The notes under the pieces: model-generated
Seen by the model: the letters and a program-made list of their open reading frames with translations, nothing else
The model's database searches: none
Told to the model about the DNA's origin: nothing
In this document: one piece after another, positions 42,355 to 51,448 of the stretch
How positions within the stretch are numbered: the stretch's first letter is position 1
How the letters are laid out: each line of letters begins with the position of its first letter
Made by a program: the position numbers and the translations under genes
DNA from: Abditibacterium sp.
GTDB lineage: Bacteria; Armatimonadota; Abditibacteriia; Abditibacteriales; Abditibacteriaceae
NCBI GenBank assembly: GCA_965199495.1
Contig: CBDASK010000003.1
Span: forward strand, 960,001-1,024,000
DNA: 64,000 nucleotides
Direction of reading: 5' to 3'

Positions 42355-42703
42355 TTAGAGCATTGGAAACTCTTCTCGATGTTTGATGCACAGTTTCGCC
42401 AAGTGTATAAAGGCTTCGCTATCATCCAAATATCTGGAACGTAAAGCTCTAAACACACCATACCAACCACTTTGATTTTCATTGAGTTGCTGGCACGCCC
42501 ATTTACAAAAATCGTTCCATCGCCTCGATTCTTGCGCTGCACCTTCATTGAAATTATGCGAAGCCATGCCACTATAAAATCCATTCAAGAAAGCGGCGGC
42601 TTCTTCTAATAGTGCCATTGAGCGTATACATTCTGGGGCGAACGCATATGCCCTCGACTAAAGTCGTGATCGATTGCTCATTGTAAAGATCTTTTGCATT
42701 CAT
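42355..42703 (-). pseudogene. Frameshifted low-GC hypothetical gene
   Basis: MNAKDLYNEQSITTLVEGICVRPRMYTLNGT joins LEEAAAFLNGFYSG... if 1 nt is removed near 42610. Confidence 0.55.
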
Positions 42704-42713
42704 ATCTCGTAAA

Positions 42714-44072
42714 TCAACCCAACGATTCGCGCCCCAACTGCGCCGCCAATCCGACGTAACTCGCCGGAGTCATCGCCAACAAGCGCGCTTTGTCGTCTTC
42801 GTCCAATTCCAAACTTTCGATGAAATCTCGAATCGTCGCTTCGTCCATCGTGGCGCCGCGCGTCAGTTCTTTCAATTTTTCATACGGATTATTGATGCCG
42901 GCTTTGCGCATTACGGTTTGAATCGGCTCGGCCAAAACTTCCCACGAATTATCTAAATCGCGTGATAACGCCGCCTCGTTGAGTTGCAATTTATTCAAAC
43001 CGCGTTTCAAAGACGAAAGCGCGACCAAACTATAACCGATGCCAACGCCCATATTGCGCAATGCGCTCGAATCGGTCAAGTCGCGTTGCAAACGCGAAAT
43101 CGGCAGTTTGCCCGCCAGATGATCCAGCATCGCGTTGCCCAAACCCAGATTCGCTTCGGCATTCTCGAAATCAATCGGATTGACTTTGTGCGGCATCGTT
43201 GAACTGCCGACTTCGCCCGCGATGACGCGTTGCTTGAAATAGCCCTGCGAAACATACGTCCAAATATCGCGCGCCAGATCAATCGCAATCGTATCAAATC
43301 TCACGAGGGTTTGAAACAGTTCGGCGATGGCGTCGTGCGATTCGATTTGCGTGGTGAGCGGATTATATGTCAAGCCCAACGAGCCGACGAAATCGCGCGC
43401 GATTTGGGGCCAATTCGCATCGGGATAAGCCGCGACGTGCGCGTTAAAATTGCCGACCGCGCCATTGATTTTGCCGAGATATTCCTGATTCCCAATCTGT
43501 TCCAACTGCCGATTGAAACGCGCCACGAAAACCGCCAACTCTTTTCCCACCGTCGTTGGCGAGGCGCTTTGTCCATGCGTGCGCGCCAGCATCGGCACAT
43601 CGGCCCATTCGTCGGCCAACTCGCTAATTTTATTAACGATGGCAAACGCGGCGGGCCGCCAGACATCAGCCACGCCGCCCTGCAACATCAAAGCGTGCGC
43701 CAGATTGTTGATGTCTTCCGACGTGCAGGCAAAGTGAATCCATTCGCGCGCATCTTCGAGCGAGGTATTTTCCAACTGTTCTTTGAGAAAATACTCGACC
43801 GCTTTCACGTCGTGATTGGTCGTCTTTTCGATGGCCTTGACGCGCGCGGCATCGTCATCGGAAAAATTAAGCGAAATCGCGCGCAGCGTTTTAATTTCAT
43901 CGAGCGAGAAATCGCGCACGCCGGGAATTTCGTCGGATTGCGAGAGCATGAGCAGCCATTCGATTTCGACGTGAACGCGAAATTTAATTAAAGCGGCTTC
44001 GGAGAAAAACGCGCGCAACGGTTCGGTTGCGGCGGCGTAACGGCCATCGAGTGGCGATAAAGCTTGAATCAT
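42714..44072 (-). CDS. purB: Adenylosuccinate lyase
   Basis: ALSPLDGRY, TNHDVKAVEY, ARTHGQ.ASPTT.GKE, GSSTMPHKVNPIDFEN. Confidence 0.97.
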   Translation of the reverse strand: MIQALSPLDGRYAAATEPLRAFFSEAALIKFRVHVEIEWLLMLSQSDEIPGVRDFSLDEIKTLRAISLNFSDDDAARVKAIEKTTNHDVKAVEYFLKEQLENTSLEDAREWIHFACTSEDINNLAHALMLQGGVADVWRPAAFAIVNKISELADEWADVPMLARTHGQSASPTTVGKELAVFVARFNRQLEQIGNQEYLGKINGAVGNFNAHVAAYPDANWPQIARDFVGSLGLTYNPLTTQIESHDAIAELFQTLVRFDTIAIDLARDIWTYVSQGYFKQRVIAGEVGSSTMPHKVNPIDFENAEANLGLGNAMLDHLAGKLPISRLQRDLTDSSALRNMGVGIGYSLVALSSLKRGLNKLQLNEAALSRDLDNSWEVLAEPIQTVMRKAGINNPYEKLKELTRGATMDEATIRDFIESLELDEDDKARLLAMTPASYVGLAAQLGRESLG

Positions 44073-44217
44073 CGGTGTTTAGGTTTACTCAAACCTTTAA
44101 CTCTGCGGGCTTAATTTCAGCGCGCGCACTCGATATAAAACAATCTTGTCGTAAGACAAAAATGGATTTGCGGAGAAAGCGCGCTTCAAACGGATTGGTC
44201 AAACTTAAAAAGATTTT

Positions 44218-46353
44218 ATGACCTCTTCCGATTTATCCATCTTTGGCGGCGTGGCTGCTGTTGTTGACCCCGCCGACATTTCGCCCGAAGAAACGACCGC
44301 AATATTTCCTGACTCCGTTGAACTGGCGTATCAAGCGCACGCGCCGCGTTTGCTCGAAATTTTAAGCGAGGACAAATATCGCGCGCTCACTATTTTTAGC
44401 GTCGCCGACTTGAAAGCCGTCGAAGCCAATGTCGGAGAAGATAAAAAAGGCAAGGCCACGATTCAATGTTTGGTGACGAACAAGCCGCGTCTCGCCAAAC
44501 CCGAAGAAGTCGTACGCCAACTCTGGCTGGCGCGCTTGCTCAACCATTATCACTATCCAAAAACGCGGCTTGCCATCGAATTTCCCGTCACTTTTGGCCG
44601 CGATAACACCAAGCGCGCTGACATCGTGATTTTCGATAAAGATCGGCCCACGGTTCCCTACATCATTATCGAAGTTAAAGCGGTGAAATTGAAGGACGGC
44701 AAAGACCAACTCAAAGCGTATTGCAACGGCACGGGCGCGCCACTTGGCGTGTGGTCGAACGGCGGCGAAACCATCGTTTATAATCGGCGCGGCCCCAACT
44801 TCTTTGTTGAAATCCCCGATTTTCCCGCGTCCAATCAAACCATCGAAGAGATCGTCAATGAGCCTTGGACGCTGGAGATGTTGCGCAAAAAATATCAGAC
44901 GAGGGAACGGCATCGCCCGCTTAAACAGGTCATTGAAGAGATGGAAGACGAGGTTTTGTCCAACGCCGGAGTTGACGTGTTCGAGGAAGTTTTCAAGCTG
45001 ATTTTCACCAAGCTCTACGATGAACTCTCGCATCATCAGGGCGCCTCAAAAGCTAAATTCCTGCGCTTTCGCAACCAGAATACAGAAACCGAGTTGAAGA
45101 ACAAAATCGGCGATCTGTTCGATGAAGCCAAAGAGAAATGGGAAGGCGTTTTCGCGCAGGGCGACCCGATTAAATTGTCCGGCTCGCATTTGCAGGTTTG
45201 TATCGGTGCGCTCGAAGAAGAAGTGCTGTTCAACTCGAATTTAGATGTGGTGGACGAAGCCTTTGAATATCTCATCAACAAATCGAGCAAGGGCGAAAAG
45301 GGCCAGTATTTCACGCCGCGCTGGGTGATCGATATGTGCGTGAAGATGCTCAATCCTAAAGAAACCGAGACCGTGATTGATACCGCGTGCGGCTCGGCGG
45401 GCTTTACGGTTCACTCGATTTTTCACGTTTGGCGCGAGATTTTGCGCGACGAGGGCATCGAAATGTCGCACCTTTTCACGGCGGAAAAGAAGCCCGAACG
45501 GTGCAACGAATACGTGCGCGAGAAAGTGTTCGCCATTGATTTCGATGAGAAGGCGGTGCGCGTGGCTCGTTGTTTGAACCTTATCGCGGGCGACGGGCAG
45601 ACCAACGTTTTGCACCTCAATACGCTCGACTTTCGGCGTTGGAGCGACACCATCAAAAGCTCCGACTGGCAGGACACTTACTACGAAGGTTTCAAGAAAC
45701 TGAAGAAATTGCGCGCGGGCAAACCCAAAGACGACGACAAAGACGCTTATCGCTTTTTCGGTTTCGACGTGTTGATGGCCAACCCGCCGTTTGCGGGCGA
45801 CATCAAACAAAGCGATATGTTGGCGCCCTACGACATGGCGCACAAAGCCAACGGCAAACAGGAAAACAAAGTCGGGCGAGATCTGCTGTTCATCGAACGC
45901 AACCTCGACTTTCTGCGCCCCGGCGGACGCATGGCGGTCGTCTTGCCGCAGGGCCGCTTCAACAATTCGAGCGACAAACGCTTGCGCGAATTCATCGCCG
46001 ATAAATGCCGAATTTTGGCGGTCGTTGGCATTGACGGCAACACCTTCAAACCACACACCGGCACCAAAACCAGCGTGCTGTTCGTGCAAAAGTGGAACGA
46101 CGACGAAAACCTCGGCCCGCTTTGCCTCAAGAAAGACGATTACCCGATTTTCTTTGCGACCCAACAACTGCGCTCCAAAGACAATTCGGGCGACAAACTA
46201 CTGGCGCGCGGCAAAGACGGCAAATTGATGTTCGATGATCACGGCCACTTCGTGGTGCAGCACGATTTGTTCAATCACGAAGGCGAGACGAAGGACGGAA
46301 TTTACGAAGCGTTTCATCAATTCGCCGCCAAAGAAGGCTTGTCTTTTTTTTGA
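44218..46353 (+). CDS. Fused restriction endonuclease (HsdR_N-like) plus N6-adenine methyltransferase (Type IIB/IIG-like RM subunit)
   Basis: PEEVVRQ, RADIVIF, IIEVK, GKDQLKAY nuclease motifs; GQYFTPR, IDTACGSAGF, NPPF methylase motifs; no helicase domain. Confidence 0.9.
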   Translation: MTSSDLSIFGGVAAVVDPADISPEETTAIFPDSVELAYQAHAPRLLEILSEDKYRALTIFSVADLKAVEANVGEDKKGKATIQCLVTNKPRLAKPEEVVRQLWLARLLNHYHYPKTRLAIEFPVTFGRDNTKRADIVIFDKDRPTVPYIIIEVKAVKLKDGKDQLKAYCNGTGAPLGVWSNGGETIVYNRRGPNFFVEIPDFPASNQTIEEIVNEPWTLEMLRKKYQTRERHRPLKQVIEEMEDEVLSNAGVDVFEEVFKLIFTKLYDELSHHQGASKAKFLRFRNQNTETELKNKIGDLFDEAKEKWEGVFAQGDPIKLSGSHLQVCIGALEEEVLFNSNLDVVDEAFEYLINKSSKGEKGQYFTPRWVIDMCVKMLNPKETETVIDTACGSAGFTVHSIFHVWREILRDEGIEMSHLFTAEKKPERCNEYVREKVFAIDFDEKAVRVARCLNLIAGDGQTNVLHLNTLDFRRWSDTIKSSDWQDTYYEGFKKLKKLRAGKPKDDDKDAYRFFGFDVLMANPPFAGDIKQSDMLAPYDMAHKANGKQENKVGRDLLFIERNLDFLRPGGRMAVVLPQGRFNNSSDKRLREFIADKCRILAVVGIDGNTFKPHTGTKTSVLFVQKWNDDENLGPLCLKKDDYPIFFATQQLRSKDNSGDKLLARGKDGKLMFDDHGHFVVQHDLFNHEGETKDGIYEAFHQFAAKEGLSFF

Positions 46354-46399
46354 ACAGCCCCTTCGATGAAGCCAATTATCAGGCTTTGTTGAAGGGGCT
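46331..46399 (+). promoter_or_regulatory. Candidate -1 programmed ribosomal frameshift signal
   Basis: AAGAAGG, then T_TTT_TTT (46344-46350) in frame before TGA, 5-nt spacer, 18-bp stem 46356-46373/46382-46399. Confidence 0.7.
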
Positions 46400-47810
46400 T
46401 AACGCCCAAGAGGTTAAGTTTTCAGATTTGGAAGATACGCTTCGCATTGATTCGGAATATCATTCGCCACATTTTTTAGCGTTAGATAAGAAAATTCGCA
46501 GTGGGAAATTTGATAATCTGGAAGATTTGGGGCGCTTAATTCCTGGCCCGTTTGGTTCGGCGTTTCATGTCGAAGACTTTGTTGAAGACGGAGAATTTCG
46601 CTATGTGCGCGGCAAAGATGTGAAGCCTTTCTTTGTCACCAATAACGACAACGTTTATATGCCCGCTACCGATTTCGAGCGCATGAAAGAATTTGGGCTT
46701 CAGGAAAATGATGTTCTGGTTTCCGTCGTTGGGACTTTAGGTAATGCTTCATTGGTGACAGCGGATGTGCTGCCCGCCATTTACAGCTGTAAAAGCACAG
46801 TTTTTCGTTCAGACGATGTTGATGCGCGTTATCTGGTTGCCTTTCTCAATTCGGAATTGGGCCGTCAATTATTACTTCGCAGAACTCGCGGCACCGTTCA
46901 AACAGGCTTGAACTTGCCTGACTTGAGAGCGATTGAATTGCCACGTTATTCGCCGGAGTTTGAAACCGCAATTGGCGATTCAATCGCCTTGTAAGACAAG
47001 GCGATTGAAGATTCCAAATCGCTCCACGCGCAAGCCGAGACGCTGTTACTTCGTGCGCTTGGTTTGGAGAATTGGCGTGCGCCCGTCACCAACAATTACA
47101 CGGTGCGTTCGGGTTCGGTGTGGGATGCCGCGCGCCTCGACGCCGAACATTTCCACCCGCAATTTCAGGCAATGCTCGACCATGTGAAATTGCATGCCAA
47201 GCGTTGTGAAGTTCTTTCTGAACTTTGTCTTCTTATCGACCACGGTAAACAGCCACCCTACGCGGAAGATGGGCCAGCCTTTTTGTTTTCGCAAAAATAC
47301 ATTGGCAAAACTGGCATCAATTACGATTTCCCCGACGATGAGGGCGCCACGCGCATTGACGGACAATTTGCCGCCGACAATGCCGATTATCTTTTGCGTC
47401 GCAATGACCTGGTTCATTACTCAGTTGGCGCCTATATCGGCAGAACTCAACCATTTTTGGAAGACGAGCCGTTGGCAATGCCAGGAAGTTTCATCACCTT
47501 AATTCGCGCTGACGAAAGCAAAATCCACCCAATTTATCTTGGTTGCGTCTTAAACAGCATAGTTGGCCAGATGCAAACTGATAAAATGAAAAGTGCCAGC
47601 GCGCAGCCCTACATTTATCCAAAAGACATCCGCCAATTTCTCGTGCCATTTGTCGCGCCGGAAATCGAAAGCGAAATCGTGGATTGCGTCGAACACAGCC
47701 ACGTCGCCAAACGGCTCGCCAAAGCGTTGCTCGAACGCGCCAAGCGCGCGGTCGAAGTCGCCATCGAAGCAGACGAGGCGGCGGGACTTTTGCTTTTGGA
47801 GGAAAAATAA
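46350..47810 (+). pseudogene. Specificity (HsdS-like) subunit with two TRDs, interrupted by an in-frame TAA at 46992-46994
   Basis: ORFs 46350-46994 and 47064-47810 share a frame; repeated RIDSEYH..F / RLDAEHF..QF half-motifs; YL.AFLNS..G..(L/Q) in both halves. Confidence 0.8.
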
Positions 47811-48553
47811 TGAGACTTGAAAGATTTCAAAAATCGGCGCGTATTCCGGTGCGCGTGCGCAACGGACAAATCGAATTTCTTTACGACACCGAATTTCCAC
47901 CGCTCGAAGACGGGGCGTTAGGTGAATTGGTCGTGGACATCAACACCGTCAAAGACCCGGCATGGCAAAAGTTTTTGGTGGCAAAAGAGCCGGTTCTGAC
48001 CGCAGATGCGGGAGATTTCGTCGCCTTTAAAGTAGCCACAGATAAAGGCGCAGACAAATTGAAAGAGCATTTAATTTCTTTCCGGCAAAATCTCGACTTG
48101 ATGAATGCCAAAGTTGATAATCCGCGCGACGCCCAAGGTCTGGCGACATTTGGCGATGGCTTTGGAGTTCTGGGCCAATTGACGACGCCACTAACGATCA
48201 ACTTGCGGGGAGAAAACTTGTCCAAACTTTCTGGAGGTGCCGTTGAAATTCCTGCGTTGCGCGAACTCAAGCGACCTCATCAAGCAATCTCTCTCAATCA
48301 AGCCTTGGTCATGGTGTCACGAACCTTTGAGCCAGAGCGAGAAAGCAACGTTGGTGACGCCTTCCGCGACATCTATTTGCTTACTGAAGGTCGGTGGGGT
48401 TTGCTGGATGCAATCCGAAGTGATTTTGAAGCTCAACACGAAATCGAACGCTGGGAAGCCATAGGTCTTGACCCGCAAAAAGTCCGCGAACGCATCAGCA
48501 ATAAGGGCGGGCTTCTATCCAACGAAACCACGCGCAAAAAACCGCCAATTTAA
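47810..48553 (+). CDS. Hypothetical protein (247 aa) coupled to the RM specificity gene
   Basis: TAATG stop/start overlap at 47808-47812 with GGAGG upstream. Confidence 0.75.
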   Translation: MRLERFQKSARIPVRVRNGQIEFLYDTEFPPLEDGALGELVVDINTVKDPAWQKFLVAKEPVLTADAGDFVAFKVATDKGADKLKEHLISFRQNLDLMNAKVDNPRDAQGLATFGDGFGVLGQLTTPLTINLRGENLSKLSGGAVEIPALRELKRPHQAISLNQALVMVSRTFEPERESNVGDAFRDIYLLTEGRWGLLDAIRSDFEAQHEIERWEAIGLDPQKVRERISNKGGLLSNETTRKKPPI

Positions 48554-48627
48554 TCCCAAATCGCCCGATTTTGGCGGCTGATTTCACGCTCAATTTCAAA
48601 CTTTCACGAGGGGCATCTGGATTTGGC

Positions 48628-48795
48628 TTGTCACGGCCTCCTTTCGATCTGTCGCGGCCTCTTTTCGACTCGTCATGGGCTGTTTTTTATCTATCGTGGC
48701 CTGCTTTCTATTCGTCACAGGCTCGATTGCATCTGTCGCGGCCTGCTTTCGATTGGGCGCGACCTCGACTGGATTTGCGGCGTCCCGCTCTCGCT
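48628..48795. repeat. Degenerate 21-bp tandem repeat, 7-8 units
   Basis: Consensus about (C/T)TGTCGCGGCCTGCTTTCGAT; units start at 48628, 48649, 48670, 48691, 48712, 48733 and 48754. Confidence 0.8.
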
Positions 48796-48813
48796 TTGTG
48801 CTTGTCACTGCTG

Positions 48814-48822
48814 TGTTATAAT
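48814..48822 (+). promoter_or_regulatory. Extended -10 promoter element
   Basis: TGtTATAAT about 60 nt upstream of an AGGAG-ATG. Confidence 0.5.
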
Positions 48823-48882
48823 GCCTGCCATTCCGGCGTCGCACCCCAATTTTCCAACCGGAATAATTAGGAGACAAAAATT

Positions 48883-49044
48883 ATGTCAGACGACGATTTG
48901 TTACAACGTTCGCGGCTCAAGCGCATTCTGGTGTTCGACGCCAATAACTCCGGTGCCTTCCCCGCGTCGGGCGCGATGCGCGATGTTTTGGCGCGCATGA
49001 GCGCGCTCGATGGTGAACTGGATGAATTGGCGTCTTCGCAATAA
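48883..49044 (+). pseudogene. 53-aa ORF, probably a truncated gene
   Basis: AGGAG RBS at 48869; MSDDDLLQRSRLKRILVFDANNSGAFPASG...ELASSQ*; protein-like ISEKDAFTARK continues after the stop. Confidence 0.5.
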
Positions 49045-49172
49045 ATTAGCGAAAAGGACGCGTTCACTGCGCGCAAACCGAAATCGCATATGCGTTTGTG
49101 GACGTGATTTTTGTGGGTTGGGAACAATTGTTTGGCGCTCGCGGTCAATGGCGCGATTCGGAGAGTATTCCC

Positions 49173-50687
49173 ATGTCCAATTCCAAAAACCGCGCTTTTA
49201 TTGCGCTGAGTGCGCTCGCGGGCGGCGCCATTTTGAGTTCGTGCGCTAACTCGCATTCCAACGCTCAAGACAAAGTGATTCCCGTTTTGCAATTCCAGCA
49301 AAACAACGCGGAGCAACCCAAAGTTCGCCTCGTTGCCAATGAAATTCCGGCTCAACCCAAACCCGTGAAACCTGCCGTTTTAACGCCATCGCAATTCGTA
49401 GATTATTCCGGCGCCATCGAAAAAACTGCTGCCATGACGGTTGATGCGCGCGCGCAGCAGATGGCGCGCAAGCTCGGCCTTGAGGTTCTCAATGTGACTT
49501 GGGAAGACACCGGGCGCTACAAAGATTCGAGCGTCGGGCCGAACATTTCGGACATGACGATTCAGGTCGCGGCGCGCGATCCGCGCACCGAGAAGCTCGC
49601 CGTGGCTGCGATGCCGGTGATTCGTCAGCCCAATTTTTCCGATGTGACCGCCGACCTTGATCCGCGCGAATTCACGATTTTGGTTGGCAATCAGGCGAGC
49701 CGCGCGCTCAAACGCGTTTCCCTCGCCGATTTTTTGAATGCGCCAACCGCGTTTATGACGCGCCCGTGGAAATGGAAAGGCGACAAACAAACGCTGAGTG
49801 CGCCGCGCGACTCGAAAGTTTTGGTTTCGGCGCAAGCCTGCTTTTTGCCGATTCCCAAACAGGGCGAAGCAGTTTTTAATCCGGTGATTTTCAATTACCA
49901 ATCGGTCAAAGACGATCCGGCGGTTCTGACGATTTTGGCCACGCGCGAAGGCACTTCGATGACCATCATTGACAACACGCGCGACGCGTTTGAAACCGGA
50001 AGCGTGTGGGGCCAGCGTTTGTTTCATAACGCCAACGGCGAGCGCGCGTCGCTGACGGGCAAACGCGAAAGCGATTTCGTCAAAGCCAATCCGGGCACCG
50101 GAAAGAGCGCGCCGCAAGCGGGCAAAGAGAGCGGTTTGAACATGGTTTTGCTGATTCAAGTCCCGCTTAAACAGAAAAACCCGATGAACTTTGGGATGGC
50201 GATGGACAAGGCCGCGCCAATGGCAGCGCCGCCGATGGAGCGAAGCCGCGCCCGCAGCGATGTCGAAAACGCGGTTATCGGGCACGGCGCGCTCGAAGGC
50301 AAGTTCACCGAAACCGATGGCGGCGAAATCGAGCGCGACCCGCAGTTTCCCGTCCGCGTGACGGTGCAGTTTTATAAAGCGACTTCCAACGGCGTGGTTT
50401 CGGAAAACGATTTGAAAGAGATCAAAACGCAGATTAATCGCGTTTATTCGCGCAGCGCTTACGTCGGAAGTCTGGTGACGGGCGGCGAAACCGGGCGCGT
50501 CACCGAATACGAAGGCGTCAAAGTGCAACCGGCGGATTGGTGGCAGCAGTTTTGGAAGCGCCACGAAAGGGATACCGGCGATTCGCGCGAAGTGGCGCTC
50601 GCCAAATTGCGCAAATTATTGGGCGATGACTATCTCAATCGTCCGGTGAGCGATTTGTATTTGCGAGATTTACTGCGCCGAACTTAA
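49173..50687 (+). CDS. Hypothetical lipoprotein
   Basis: GGAG RBS, LSSC lipobox, conserved-looking VTWEDTGR..S.VGPNISDMTI block. Confidence 0.75.
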   Translation: MSNSKNRAFIALSALAGGAILSSCANSHSNAQDKVIPVLQFQQNNAEQPKVRLVANEIPAQPKPVKPAVLTPSQFVDYSGAIEKTAAMTVDARAQQMARKLGLEVLNVTWEDTGRYKDSSVGPNISDMTIQVAARDPRTEKLAVAAMPVIRQPNFSDVTADLDPREFTILVGNQASRALKRVSLADFLNAPTAFMTRPWKWKGDKQTLSAPRDSKVLVSAQACFLPIPKQGEAVFNPVIFNYQSVKDDPAVLTILATREGTSMTIIDNTRDAFETGSVWGQRLFHNANGERASLTGKRESDFVKANPGTGKSAPQAGKESGLNMVLLIQVPLKQKNPMNFGMAMDKAAPMAAPPMERSRARSDVENAVIGHGALEGKFTETDGGEIERDPQFPVRVTVQFYKATSNGVVSENDLKEIKTQINRVYSRSAYVGSLVTGGETGRVTEYEGVKVQPADWWQQFWKRHERDTGDSREVALAKLRKLLGDDYLNRPVSDLYLRDLLRRT

Positions 50688-50775
50688 CCGATGCCAAGAA
50701 ATCCGCCACGCAATCGCACGCGCAAGCGGCTGACGTGAGGCATTAATTATAGTCGTTCTCGTCAATCAAGATAAA

Positions 50776-50807
50776 AACGGGCCGCATTCGAGAAAATGTG
50801 GCCCGTT
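50776..50807 (-). terminator. Putative (bidirectional) terminator
   Basis: AACGGGCCGCATT...AATGTGGCCCGTT between convergent ORFs. Confidence 0.6.
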
Positions 50808-50811
50808 ACGT

Positions 50812-51200
50812 TTAATCCACGGGAGTTACATCGTTTCCGGGATACCACTTGTGGGAAATCTCAAAGCCTTCCATATCCTGATAGTTTAGTTTACGATTGT
50901 GATAAATTAACCCGAAATAGCCCATTTGTTCCGGCGTGAGCGTCGTCGTGGTTGCCGGAACTTTGTAATATTTGTGGGCGATTTTGAGCAAAACCTTATT
51001 CAGTTCTGCTTGTCCTGCGGGCGTGCCGCTCCACAGAAAGTTGCGGCGTGCATCGCGCATGGTGACGTAGCGGCCATCGCCTTTGAGGGTTGAGGTTTGT
51101 TCGACGGGCGTGGCTTCGCGGCCAAAACCGGCGCGATAGAAGCGCGTAAGACCGATTGCAATTTTTCGTTGGAATCGTCTTGCAGTTGCAAAACGAAGAA
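50812..51200 (-). pseudogene. 3' remnant of an unknown gene
   Basis: Frame is open from about 51200 (…LTRFYRAGFGREATPVEQ…) but the first ATG is only at 51060. Confidence 0.4.
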
Positions 51201-51427
51201 TAGATTACGCGCTCGAACAGACGGCCAAAACGGGCATCGGCTCGGGCGCCATTGCCGATGCCGCGACCGGTCTGGGCAGTCGGATTTTCGCCTTTGAATT
51301 TCTGGCCGGCCCCTACGCCGTGGCTCATCTGCGGCTGACGCAGACCATCAAAGCTCGAAGCGGTCATCTCCGATTCTTTCTTGTCAACGACAACTTCTAC
51401 TGCATCAAACGTTTCAACTCCTATTGA
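51200..51427 (+). pseudogene. Internal fragment of a Type ISP-like N6 DNA methylase/RM gene
   Basis: Startless frame IDYALEQ...G.GAIADAATGLGSRIFAFEFLAGPYAVAHLRLTQ. Confidence 0.7.
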
Positions 51428-51448
51428 GACGCTACCCAAAACTCGCCG

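Noticed and set aside
46992..46994. Selenocysteine or pyrrolysine recoding in the S gene
   Set aside because: The stop is TAA, not TGA or TAG.
48628..48795. Possible CRISPR array
   Set aside because: Units are contiguous and degenerate with no unique spacers; no cas genes in the window.
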